Assembly (NCBI RefSeq): GCF_000143415.4 | Contig: NW_003314359.1 | Span: 525,250 to 589,249 of the forward strand | Source of the DNA: Selaginella moellendorffii | Lineage: Eukaryota > Plantae > Lycopodiophyta | Direction of reading: 5' to 3' | DNA length: 64,000 bases | Part shown: piece by piece, positions 38,502-50,403 of the stretch | How positions within the stretch are numbered: the stretch's first letter is position 1 | How the letters are laid out: each line of letters starts with the position of its first letter | Notes under the pieces: model-generated | What the model was told of the DNA's origin: nothing | Seen by the model: the letters and a program-made list of their open reading frames with translations, nothing else | Databases searched by the model: none | Position numbers and translations under genes: made by a program

Positions 38502-38702
38502 TTTCGTTTCTGCCCAACAAACCCTAGAAATAAAAATGCTATGTGTTTGGGATCGAGCAATCGCTGCATGAGAGCATTGGGGGCGGGCGGCGCGCTCTAG
38601 GATTTCCAGGTATTGCGAGGATTTCTGCGAGTCCTAGTTCTGGAGAGAATTCCTAGCCGCGCTTGATTGAGCTCGCTTGTTCTTACGTCTAGAAGCTCGG
38701 CT

Positions 38703-41700
38703 ATGGATGGTCAGGAGTACGCTGGGACTCGAATGCAGGATTATGGCGCCGCGGCCGCTGACAAGGCCGTGGAGTATGATCACCGGAGCGTGGCTGTGGA
38801 TCAAAACGGCGAGGAAGTCCTAGGTATGTGTTCCAGGTCTTTTTAGAGCTTTTAGCCTGAGAGGATTGGTTTTTCCAGCTCCAAGCAACGAGGAAGAGAG
38901 GCTGTGGGGCATCGTGAATGCCAATCCAGCGGACTTTAATTCATGGACGCAGCTGATTCAAGAGACTGAGAAGCTCGTGCGTTTTTTTTTTTTTTTTTTC
39001 TTTTTTGGAGTTCTTGAGTCTCTCAAAACGTGCTAAAGCTTTCGTTTCTTCTTTTCTCTTCCAGGATGATATAGTCAAGTTTCGCCAGTGCTATGATACG
39101 TTCCTGGCCGAGTTTCCTCTGTGCTATGGCTACTGGAAAAAATACGCGGACCATGAGAACCGGCTGGCAACGCCCGAGAAGACCATCGAGGTTTACGAGA
39201 GGGCTGTGAAAGCCGTGACGCACTCAGTCGACATATGGGTGCACTACTGCTCCTTTGTTTCGGCGGCCAAGCCCGAAGATCCAGAAGCGCTGAGGAGGTA
39301 AACTTTAGCACGCCGGTGGCATTTTTCTTTATCCTGACTGGGCAGTGTTTTGCTTTGTCAATCCCTGAGCTGTCTAGCTTCTTTGTTTCCTTCTAACCGT
39401 TGGCTGGTATTTCTGCAGCTTTCATCCTACTTTAAATGTTTTTCTCCAGAGGGAAGGTTGGCGAAACGGTTTGAGCATGGTTTTCCTTTTTTAGTTCGTC
39501 CTCGCATTCAGTCTTTTCGTTTTTCTCATGTTCTTAGTGGGCTGGTTGCTTTTCTCTTTGCTTCTTGGCAACATACCTTCAAACTGGTGCCGTCGGCAAT
39601 CGCGGTGAACACCACTGGTGTTGTAGGAAGGTAACTTTAGCTGTTTAAGAGCAAGGTCCCTGCCTTCTGCTGGAAGATATGCCTTCTTTGATGGGGTCAG
39701 GCTCATGCTACGTTTACGTTTTTTTTTCTTCCTTTATCAACTTCGATGGGATAACAACTATCTTTTTCATTTTTATTTTTTTTTCAGGTTGTTTGAGCGT
39801 GGACTCTCGCACGTCGGCACCGACTACCTGGCGCATCAGCTTTGGGACAAGTACATTGATTTTGAGTATTCTCATTCGAACTGGGTAGGCATCACTCAGT
39901 TGTATACACGGATTTTACAGATAGCCCTTCAAGCTTTGGATCGCTACTTCTCACAGTAAGAAAATTCTTAAAACAGTTTGCATGCTAATGCTTTCTTTCA
40001 GCTTCAAGGAGTTAGCCAACAATCGACCCATAGCGGAACTGAAAGGTCCTGAAGATAGCGCAGAAGCCGATAATACTGTTCCCGAGCAAATAGATAAAGC
40101 AGGAGCTGATGAAACTGCAGAAGCCCCAAAGGATCCAGAAGTTGAAAGGTTTATTAGAAGAAGAGAGGAGCTATATAAATCGACGAAGGAGTGGGATGCA
40201 AAAGTTCGAGAGTATGAAACCGCTATAAGAAGGCCGTATTTTCATGTCAAGCCTCTAGATGACTTGCAACTACTCAACTGGCATCGCTACCTGGATTTTC
40301 TGGAAAAAGAAGGTGACTTTGACAAGGTAATGCTGTCTTTTCCCTACTTGACGCTGAAACTAATGTATTTTAATTGCAGATAGTGAAGGCATACGAGAGA
40401 TGTGTGATCGCCTGTGCAAATTATCCGGAGTATTGGATTCGCTATATTCATACAATGGAAGCAAAATCTCGATCTGAGATAGCTGATGATGCTTTGGATC
40501 GCGCACTACACATTTTTGTCAAGGTTTATCGAAGAGTTCTACGTTCTTTTCTGACATCTTCTGTATTGCAGAGACGACCCGAGATACATATCTACGCTGC
40601 TAGATTTAAAGAACGCAGGGAAGATGCTGCAGGCGCTCGAAAAGAGTATAGCGTTCTCAGCTCTGAAATAGCTCCCGGGCTTCTTGAGGTTATTTCTAAG
40701 CACGCAAATTTTGAGAAAAGACAGGTACATGGATTTGTCCCATTTTTCATACGATGCTAAGCGTATTTTTGTAATCTAGGGGAATATTGACGGCGCTTGT
40801 GCCATCTATGAATCTGCTTTGGAAGTGGAAAAAGCGAAGGAGGAATCGAGAGTTTTGTCTTTCTTGTATATTCAATATATCCGGTTCCTTTCTGAGGTGA
40901 GAACTTCTGATGCTTTCCTTTCTGACAGTGTGTGTTCTAGGCCGGACTCTCAGGTAAATCGAAGGAGATCTTGGCCCTTGCATTGGAGAAACTACCGAAC
41001 TCCAAAGTTATCTTGGAGGTAAGTTTCTTTCTCCTTTTCTTTTTCTTCTCATTTGCTATACTCGCTGAAATCTCTTTACAGGCTGCGATCCATTTTGAGA
41101 CTCTCTCTCCCGAGAAGGACATACCAAAACTCGAGGCTATCATTGAACGTGCTATACTCAGCAGCGGCTCGGACGCTGCTTTGCAATCATCTGATCGTGA
41201 GGAGATATCGAGTTTATTTCTTGAGGTTGTGACTTCTTACTCCTTTATCGTAAGCACTCACATTTGTAGTATGGTTTTTGCGGCAGTTTCTGGATTCTTA
41301 TGGGACTGTAGAAGACTGTAAGAGGGCTGAGCTGCGGCATCGACAGGCATTCTTGTACTCGAGGTCCAGCGATTCCAAGAAGCGCTCGTCACTGGACAGC
41401 GCCGTCTCTGATCGGAGCAAGCTCGTCAAGACCGGTTCCAACGCCGTCGCTGGTTATACCAATGGACAAGCGCAGTGGAGCTACCAAAACTGGCAGCAAC
41501 CTCAACAACAATGGAACCAAGCATACCCGGTAAGAACGTTTTGGTTTCAATGTCACGCATCTTACAAATCATAGAAACTCTTCGCAGGCTACGGACTATA
41601 ACTATAGCAGCTATCCCCAGCAGCCGCAAACGGCACAAAGCTACGCTGGGTACCCTCAAGCTTATCAGCAACAAGTACTGTGAAAGCTCCTCTCAAGTTT

Positions 41701-41772
41701 ATTGCTGAAAATTCTCTCATTTTTTTTTTCTTGGCTGTTTAGGATGGAAATTGGACTGCTTCAGCGTGGTAA
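38703..41772 (+). CDS. PRP39: Pre-mRNA processing factor 39 (HAT-repeat U1 snRNP protein)
   Basis: [66 protein letters not shown]; Q/Y-rich C-terminal tail. Confidence 0.94.
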
Positions 41773-42052
41773 TAGAGAACTACTTAGGAGTGGGAAGACG
41801 ATCTTATTGTTCTCTCTTTTGGAGGACCCTTGAAAGCACGTAAAATGTAACGAAAACGTTTTGAGGTTAGCTTCATATATATTAAGTGCTTACTATCGTT
41901 TGAATCGAGAATATCCAGTAGCAATAATTTTGTTTAGGGTTTAAACGATTCTTTAGGGGATTTTAGAGGGAGCGAGGGAGAGTTCCTAGAATCTAAGACG
42001 ATCGAGCAGCATCGGGGCATTCTTGCAATACGCGCGCGATCGCTCTGGAAGA

Positions 42053-43711
42053 ATGCAGGCAAGGTATGATTCTGGATTCTTCTCTTGCTTGAGATCGATC
42101 GATCGATCGATCTCGCTGCTTCCTCTCGAACAGCTACGGCGCGGACAAGCTCATCGTGTGGCCGCCGTGCGTGCTGCTGGAACATACGGGGCTGGGGCAT
42201 GATCCGGAGACTGGGAAGAGCATCGGCCTCAATGCCGCGGAGGTGAGGAGTGCTGTGAGCGCAGTGGCGCCCAAGATCGCGATCCGCAGGGTTGTTCCCG
42301 TGTACAAGGAGGAAGGGCACAAGGGCCGCTACCTCGTCGTCTTCCCGGATTGCGACGCTGGGTACATCGACGCGGTGGCTCTCCATGATGCGTTCAAGGA
42401 TCGCAAGAGGGGGCGTGACGAGTGGGGGCGTGACGAGCGGCAGGAGGTCCGCTATGGCGAGAAGAAGAAGGAGCTCTATGGATACTTGGTGGAGCCGCAC
42501 GAGATGAAGAAGCTAGACAGGAAGAAAAGACTGGTGAGGAACTGGAAGGAGGAGAGTTTCCAAGAGAAAGTGATGAAGTCGCAGCGAGAGAAGATGAAGG
42601 TGAGGAAGGCCGCTTCTTTTCTTCTCTTCAAGTATGAGCTTGATCAAAGGATTTCTTTTGCAGGCTAGCGAGGAGAACCAGAAGATTGAAGCCGAGCTGC
42701 TAGCATCGGTGAACGAGCAAAAGAGAAAACTGGCGGCCGATGAGGCCGCCATGGACAAGCGCAAGGCAGAGATTATGGCCGTGGACGAGGAGTATGCTGC
42801 CGAGGAGCGCCGGCAGGAGGAGAATAGGAAAAAGCACGAAGAACAAGTAGGCAGTGCTTTGTCCATTCCATTTCTTTCGTTTCTTCTCGTATTCTGATGC
42901 GGTCGTATGTTTCTCTGTGACAGAAAAAGCGGATGATAGACCAGTTTGAAGCGGAGAAGGCCGAGCGATTGAGGCAATTCACCGAGAAAGAGATGAATAT
43001 GCGCGCCGAAATCAACAAGAACCTCAAAGACGAAGAAGATGAGATGGCTCGCATTCGTCGAGACAACTCGTCTCTGGAGAGTAATATTAGAGTGCAGCAA
43101 GCTTTGGCCATGGCGTAAGAAGCATTCTCTGGTCTATTCCATCTTTCTCGCTCACTGTCAATGTTTCGTATCCTTGCAGGGACATGCGCGCTAGAACTCA
43201 AGTGGCTATCGCTACCGAAGCGCAGAAGGGCCTTGACGAAATCAAGACAAGGCATGAGTTCAAGTTGCGGGAGATGAAAGAGCGGCATTTGGAGGAGAGG
43301 AAGAAGGTAAGCAAGTTTGTATTTCTCCTTTTTTCCTAAAGCAGGTTTTTCTTTGTGCGTTGCAAAGCTCCTGGAGGAGCGCGCTGCAAAGAAGGAGGCA
43401 GCGTGGAACAGCTACAACGTCGGCCAGGAAGCTCTGGACAAGGAGATGGAGACCGTCCTTGGGCTTGTAAGTCTCTTCATCTTGTGATCCAAGCAGAGCT
43501 TTGTTCTAATGCTTCTTTATCCAAACTTTTTTTCCAGGAGTGCCAGGTTTGTTTCGAAGAGTTTGGCCCCGAAAGGCCCAAGGTGTTTTACATCGCCTGC
43601 AAGCATGCCAAGTCATGCCAGCCGTGTGCGGACGAGCTGTGGAAGAAGAACCACGAGTGTCCCCACTGCCGGACCGTCCAGAACAAGAAGCCTATCAAGC
43701 TCTTTGACTGA
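42053..43711 (+). CDS. SGS3-like XS domain + coiled coil + C-terminal C3HC4 RING protein
   Basis: Seven exons (42053-42063, 42134-42599, 42664-42846, 42924-43114, 43180-43306, 43368-43466, 43538-43711). XS motifs IVWPPCVLL, GHKGRYLVVF..GY..A..LH..F, LYGYL; RING CQVC..CKHAKSCQPC..CPHC. Confidence 0.85.
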
Positions 43712-44122
43712 TATTTATCTACCATACGTACATTATACTCCGGTAAGTTGGAGCTTTTCTGAATCAAGGCTCTTTTCAGGATCAACAAGAACTTGGAACT
43801 ATGCATAGTGGCTTTAACTTTTGGAGCAAAGTATTTGGGGGATCTTCCACGGTTTTATAAGCTAGAGAATAGTAGTGTTGGGAGTGTACAAAATTTGTCG
43901 GGGGACCGACCAGACTATATATCATATACCTCTGCTAAACTTCTCTAAGTTCCGAAAGTTGTCTCGCTAGAATTTTCCTGTTCTTGCTTGACTTGTGTAA
44001 GTTCCGATAGTTGTCTCGCTAGACTTTTCCTGCTTAAATGAAAGAGAGGCTTAGCTCAATAGTGAAGAAGATGCTCCGCTCTGGAAAAGAGGCTTATACC
44101 CGACCTTGACGTTGTACGTTGC

Positions 44123-45909
44123 TCACTCGTAGGTGACCTCGGGCTTGAGCTCGATCACCATACGACAGACGGGACACTTTGCGGGGCACTTTGGCTTGCG
44201 GAGGTTCCAGATTCCCGAGCAGCATTCGATGCACATCGTGTAGTGGCCGCATGGGACGAGAACTGCCCTCCTTAGCTCCGATGAAAACTGCCTCGTGCAA
44301 ACAATGCATTCCTGCGAAGGAACCACACGGAAAATGAGAGAGAAAAAAGACATCAAATGTTGGCAAGCGACTCACTTTTGGAGAGTTTTGTTGCTCTTGC
44401 TTGGCCCGCTTTTGTTTCTCCAGCAGCTCGTCCAGTGCCATTTTCGTCTCTTTCTCCACCGCCTCTTGGAGCTGAAAAAGAAAAGCAATCAAATCTCGGC
44501 AAGCTACGAAGTCAATTCACCTGCTTGAGCTCACTTTCGTGTTGTGTGATAAGCATTAACTCCTCACCCCGAAAGTCCGATTCAATTTTCTCCAGACACT
44601 TGCGCTGCTCTTCCTCATCCCTTTGTTGCTTGCCTTTCAGCTGCTCCATTTTCTCCGAGCTGCGGCAGATGGTGATCGCGAATCGAGAGAAAGAGAGAGA
44701 AAACAAAACTCACGTTTGTTTGGCTTGCTTCCGCAGCAATCGCTCCAGATGTTGTTTCTGCTTGAGAGCTTCGTTTCTTTGCCTAACCATCTTGGCTCTC
44801 CTCAAAACCATTTGATGCGCGGTTTGCTTTTCCTTGTGGTTCAGCTGCTCCTCAAAGAGCTGCATTTTTCGCTGGATGTCGAGCTACAAGACAACAACAA
44901 AGTAAGAAAACCAAAGAGAGAGTCTCTGTCACCTTAAGAGCCTCCGAATTATCAGCGGGCTGGTGTCTCTGTCGTAGCTCCGTCAGCTTGTCCTCCCGGA
45001 GCTTCAGCATGCTCGCTAGATTCGAATTCAGCAAAGTTGTCTTCCCCTGGGCGACCTCGAGCTTCCAGCTTTGAAGCTTTTGAGCCTTCACGTTGTCAGC
45101 AAGTTTTTCCTCATCCTGACACAGAAAACAAAAGGAGCTATAAAAGCAGAAACAAGAAGAAAGTGAAGCTCGCACCATGTTGAGATCCTTCATGTAGCTA
45201 GCAGCTTCATCCAAACTCATAGCGCACCAGTCTACCAGTTTTCTCTCCGGATCAATCCGCGCCATGTCTTCCGGCTGGAGCACCTTACACGGCTCCATCA
45301 AGCAGCGCAGCAGCGTCAAAGCGAGGGGGATCTTCTTGCAGACAACGAGAAATCCTTCGCAGACCCTCTCAACTAAAGCAAGAACACCAGTTACGAATCA
45401 AAAGAGAAAAGAAAACACTGGCACTTACTTTGATCGATCACACTCTCCTCGATCAAGCTCCGAGCCTGCTCCACGCTGGAGCAATCCACAAGCACCACCG
45501 GCGGCCAGACCACTTTCTTGTGATCCTCGAGCAAGACCCTGGAGCTCACCCGGGCCTCGGCGAGCTCCACTTTCTTCCCGCGATCTTGCGGCTTGGGATC
45601 GATCACCTCCACAAGGGCCTTGTGGTAGCCGCGATGCTGAGCCACGTACTTCTTCTTGAAGGCCTTGGCGTGAGCCATAAGACCCACCCAACCAGTGACC
45701 CTGGCGCGGCACACGCAGCAAATCTTGATCTCCATGTCCTTGAGGCTGGGCTTGGCATCTCCTACTTGATCCCTGGCCTCTGGAAGGAGCTTCTCATACG
45801 CGGCCCTTCCAGCCATCTCCTCGTCATCACTGTCCAGATCGTCGTCCTCCTCGGAAGCGCCTTCGTCTCCGGAGAGATCGTCCCTCTTCCGCTTGCTATC
45901 GTCCTCCAT
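44123..45909 (-). CDS. zf-XS-like + shortened XS + coiled coil + C3HC4 RING protein (paralogue of the neighbour)
   Basis: Acidic N-terminus; CCVC..GLMAHAK..QHRGYHKAL (zf-XS-like); VVWPPVVLV; coiled-coil exons; RING CIVC..PCGHYTMCIEC..CPVC; 5'-UTR intron with donor GTATGT near 45997. Confidence 0.82.
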
Positions 45910-46062
45910 CTGCTGGCAAAGAATGCGAGCAAGCGATCAATAGGATGCGATCGATCGAGGCGAGGATCGGCGCCAGGGCGCGGAAGAACATACATACCTT
46001 TGGGCGCGCTTCCTCTTCCAGCTCAAAATCCAAGACTTTAGGTTTTTAGGGGGGTTTTGAAA

Positions 46063-47776
46063 ATGAGAGGTGCGGTGGTTCTTTGCTGCTCCCAGGCGAT
46101 GGCGCCAGGCGCTAGGGCGAGAATGCCGGTCCACGGCGCCAGGCGCTGGAGCTCCGCGGCCTCGGCCGTCGCTGCCAGTGTGGATCTCCGGGGCTGGGTG
46201 AAGAATCAGGGGGGATTTGTGTGGAGCGGCCTCCATGTCGTTCACAGTGGATCTTCTCACGGTATGGGGCTTGTGGCGACTCAGGATTTGCCTCAGGGTT
46301 CCACGATAATCACTCTGCCGCGAAGAATTCCAATGCCGATGCCTGATCCCGAGAATGCTGCGGTTTTAGCGCCATCGGAGGGAGTGATTTGCGAGATTGC
46401 TAATCGAGTTCCAGGTAGTCGACTTGAAAGTTCTTTTTTTCCTTTCCTGTTTCGCTGGTACTGACCTCGTCTTGCCAGGAACTGATAGAGGAGCTTTGGG
46501 CAATGAGGCTGGGCCTCAAGCTTTTGTATGAAAGAGCTCAGAAAGGATCTTACTGGTGGCCATATATCAGCATGCTTCCACACTCTTTCACCCTTCCGAT
46601 TTTTTTCTCTGGAGTAGACATTGAGAGCATCGACTACGCACCTGTTACACATCAAGTGAGTCAACTTTGCTATCTGGATTTAAATCTCAATCGCATTTTT
46701 GCTTTTCTCTTTCAGGTGAAAAAGAGGTGCCGATTTCTCTTGCAGTTCTCCTCCGAGTTGGCCAAGCTAGAATCACTGCCGGAAGAAATTCATCCTTTTG
46801 CCGGTCAGTTTGTTGATTCGGGAGCGCTCGGCTGGGCAATGGCTGCTGTCTCGAGCCGGGCTTTCCGGATTCACGGTGTCACCAACAAGCTTTGCTCGGC
46901 AATGATGCTTCCTCTGATTGATATGTGCAATCATAGCTTCCAGCCGAATGCTCACATCGAGGAGGACCTGTCGAGGGATGCTCAGGATGTCAGCTTCTTG
47001 AAGGTTCGTTGTTCGTTGTTCTCTACCTTTCAAACACATCAATCACTTGACTCGTGTTTTTCTTTCAGGTGGTGACTAAACGTAACTTGGAGAAGGGATC
47101 AGCGATCACTCTAAACTATGGCCCGCTCAGCAATGATCTGCTTTTGCTAGACTACGGTTTTGTCATCCCTGACAATCCACACGATCGCATCGAGCTGAGG
47201 TACGATGGGAGCTTGATGGAGAACGCCAGGATGATAGCGGGCTTGAGTCGTACGGGCTCGCCACCATTTTCATCTCCGGCTTCTTGGCAAGTGGACCGGC
47301 TCAAACAACTTGGTCTCGCTGATAGTGGAGAATCACAAAAGGTTCACAGTTACTCTCTGCGAGAAAAAGAAGTAGCGAGAACTCATTGTTTTGATGTGTA
47401 GGTGACGCTTGGAGGTCCGGAGGAGGTTGATGGGCGGTTGCTAGCAGCGTTGAGAATCCTCCACGCTGAGAGCCAGGAGCCACTCGAGCGCAGAGAGCTC
47501 GTCTCGTTACAAGCTTGGGGGGTGGAGAGCATGGTGAGCAGTGACAACGAGGAGCGAGTGCTGCGAACGCTCTGTGGCCTGGGAGCAATCGTTTTCAACC
47601 AGTTCAAGACGACCATCGAGGAGGACGAGGCGAAGCTCTCGGACAAATCCCTGGCGGAGACGAGCAGGATCGCGGTACAGTTCAGGCTGACGAAGAAGAG
47701 ACTGGTGGTGCGCGTCCTGGAATCGCTTAAGAAGAGATTGATGGATCTCAGAGCCGTCCGAGCAGAGTTCCAATAG
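46063..47776 (+). CDS. SET-domain methyltransferase, Rubisco LSMT/SETD3-like, probable organellar transit peptide
   Basis: GMGLVATQD, ELWAMRLGLKLL, WWPYISMLP, SSRAF, LPLIDMCNHSF, NYGPLSNDLLLLDYGF; LSMT substrate-binding tail TTIEED. Confidence 0.92.
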
Positions 47777-48210
47777 GTAATTTATTTTTGTTCTGCTCAA
47801 ATGCTTTCGAAAGGCTTCTAAAAGGTCGTCTCCACGAATCTGAAATGCAAAACTCACATCAAATAACCTTGTAACGAAACACGCCAAGTCCTTTGGACAA
47901 CAACTGTCAGATAACTTCGGTTGGACTCCTTGGTCTCGCACGAGCGTTTCAACGCGCGTGAAAGTGCAGCGCATGTTGTTTTCTAGGTTCTCGTTGACTT
48001 GGTTTTCTTTGAACATCAGTCGGTCCAGTCCAACTGGTGAAGTCATGGTCCGAATCAAAAGAAGTTCCAAGGCCACATTCTATATTCCTGAGCGTTCATC
48101 TTTGATGATAGCTTGTGGAGTTTCCTGGTCTTTCATCGACGACTGCACTCTGGATGAATGGATTACTAGAACATGAAAGAATAAGTTGGTTTGAATAAGA
48201 AGTATCGGCC

Positions 48211-50367
48211 ATGTATCTCTCCAATTTGCTGCTGGGTTTGTTTCTACTCGTCTTTCTCCCAACATCTCGGTCGCAGTGCCCCACGAATCCATCCGGGATC
48301 GCCAACGACACACAGACTCTGCTCTCTCTCGGTGACAGGCTTGGCATCAAAGTGTGGAACGAGACCGCCAATCCAAGAGCATGGCGCGGTGTGGAGTGGA
48401 GCTCGGACAACCGAGTGGAGGGCCTCGCTATGTCCAGGTTAAATCTCTCGGGAGTTCTTCCTTCCATCTGGGCCAAGCTTCCATCGCTGGCTCGCTTGGA
48501 CCTCTCACAAAATAACATCTCCTCGCTGGAGGTGGCTGGTTGCAAGAACACGCAGCTCAAGCTCCTCAACTTGAGCTCCAATTCTCTGCGAGAGGTCCCG
48601 GCAAGCCTCTCCAGCCTCGAGAGCGTGGAAAGCTTGGACCTCAGTGGGAACTTCTTGGGAGTGGCTGGAGTTCCAAAGTTTAGCTTCACGCTGCAATCGC
48701 TCAACCTGTCCATCAACAACTTGACTGGGAGCGTTTCCATGGGAGGTAATCTGGGACTGGAGGCACTGGAGCTCTCGCACAACGAACTCAGCGGCTCCAT
48801 TCCAGAGATTTTCGGGGAGATGACGAACTTGACGCGCCTGGACATATCGTATAACAGGTTTAGTGGAGATCTACCTGATATCTGGAGCAAGAACTTGGAG
48901 CTCAGGTACTTGGATATCTCCAACAATTCGCTCCAGGGTGGTTTGCCACCGAGCTTGCGAAGGCTACACAAGCTCTCGGTTTTAAGCGCTGGAATCAACT
49001 TTTTCTCCGGGCCACTGGAGCTGGAAGATGGCGACTTTGCGAGCATCGAGACTTTGCACCTCTCGCAAAACTTGTTTAACGGGACAGTGCCAGCGAGGGT
49101 GGGAAGCTTGACGAACTTGAGGCTGCTGGTTCTCTTGAGGAATCATTTCAGTGGCTCTATACCTCCGGAGCTTGGAAACTGCTCGAACATCAGAGAGATA
49201 TGGCTCAACGGCAATGACTTGACTGGAACCATCCCAGGCGAGCTCTCGAAGCTCTCGCATCTCCAGCAGCTAGTTCTCAATGGCAACGACATCGGTGGGG
49301 AGCTCCCTTCCGGACTCTCCAACTGCACGGAGCTGGTCGTTCTCTGGCTGGAGCAGAACAAGTTTTCTGGAAATCTCCCGGACAGCTTCGGGAACTTGAG
49401 CCGCCTGCTCATTCTCTCGCTCTCCGGCAATGAGCTTGTCGGTCCCATCCCGGCCTCCTACGGCAAGATGAGCTCGCTGATCGGCCTCGACGTTGGATCG
49501 AACAACCTCTCTGGAAAAGTCCCGGCCATGCTGCAAAACGTCTCGACTTTGCAGTTCCTCTTCCTCTCGAACAACAGCTTCAGCGGCTCCATCCCGGACT
49601 GGCTTCCCCGGCTCAGGAACTTACGAGCCATGGACTTCTCGCTTAACAGGTTCTCGGGCGAGATATCGGCAAGCATCGGCCGACTGTTTGCCAACGTCCA
49701 GCTCTACAACATGAGCACCACCTACCCGCTGGTTCACGCGCAAAGCCTCGTCTATGCTGGCTTCGCCTTGCCAACAACCATAGACTTCTCCTCCAACCAG
49801 CTGAGTGGAAGCATTCCGGCGGCCATCGGCGACCTCTACAATCTCCAGGTGCTGGACCTGAGCCACAACCAGTTAACCGGCCCCATTCCCGAGTCCCTGG
49901 GAAACGCAAGGAATCTCTCCAGGTTGGCGCTCGCGAGCAATCTTCTGAATGGCTCCATACCATCGTCCATGGCGGACCTCTCGTTCCTCACCATCCTCGA
50001 CGTCTCCAACAACAGCCTGGTGGGACGGATACCTGACAGCCCGCAACTCTCGTCCATGGACGCGGCTCTCTTCGCTGGGAACCAGCTCTGTGGGTTGCCA
50101 CTGATCAACACCTGTTCGAGCACTGCTACGCCGCCGCATAGGCCTAGAAGAGACGGAGAAGGTGGTAGCGAACAGGACCAAGGAGGCGTGACAACACTTG
50201 TCAGCGTCGCCATCTTCGTGGCAGCCTTCTTCTACGCGTTCTTCTGGACTTTCCTGTGTACTTTGCGGCAACCCACAAAGCTGGTTCCCAGCTCTGTGGA
50301 TGCTGGCAATCGAATCTCTAGCTCGTCCACCATGTTGCTGCCGTCCTTTCTAGCTTCCAGTTCGTAA
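48211..50367 (+). CDS. LRR receptor-like protein (no kinase), intronless
   Basis: Signal peptide, WRGV cap, about 20 plant eLRRs with an island before the last four, GNQLCG C-cap, TM LVSVAIFVAAFFYAFFWTFLC, short cytoplasmic tail. Confidence 0.93.
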   Translation: MYLSNLLLGLFLLVFLPTSRSQCPTNPSGIANDTQTLLSLGDRLGIKVWNETANPRAWRGVEWSSDNRVEGLAMSRLNLSGVLPSIWAKLPSLARLDLSQNNISSLEVAGCKNTQLKLLNLSSNSLREVPASLSSLESVESLDLSGNFLGVAGVPKFSFTLQSLNLSINNLTGSVSMGGNLGLEALELSHNELSGSIPEIFGEMTNLTRLDISYNRFSGDLPDIWSKNLELRYLDISNNSLQGGLPPSLRRLHKLSVLSAGINFFSGPLELEDGDFASIETLHLSQNLFNGTVPARVGSLTNLRLLVLLRNHFSGSIPPELGNCSNIREIWLNGNDLTGTIPGELSKLSHLQQLVLNGNDIGGELPSGLSNCTELVVLWLEQNKFSGNLPDSFGNLSRLLILSLSGNELVGPIPASYGKMSSLIGLDVGSNNLSGKVPAMLQNVSTLQFLFLSNNSFSGSIPDWLPRLRNLRAMDFSLNRFSGEISASIGRLFANVQLYNMSTTYPLVHAQSLVYAGFALPTTIDFSSNQLSGSIPAAIGDLYNLQVLDLSHNQLTGPIPESLGNARNLSRLALASNLLNGSIPSSMADLSFLTILDVSNNSLVGRIPDSPQLSSMDAALFAGNQLCGLPLINTCSSTATPPHRPRRDGEGGSEQDQGGVTTLVSVAIFVAAFFYAFFWTFLCTLRQPTKLVPSSVDAGNRISSSSTMLLPSFLASSS

Positions 50368-50403
50368 TCCATCACCATCGAGCGTGTGACCGCTTGATGA
50401 AGA

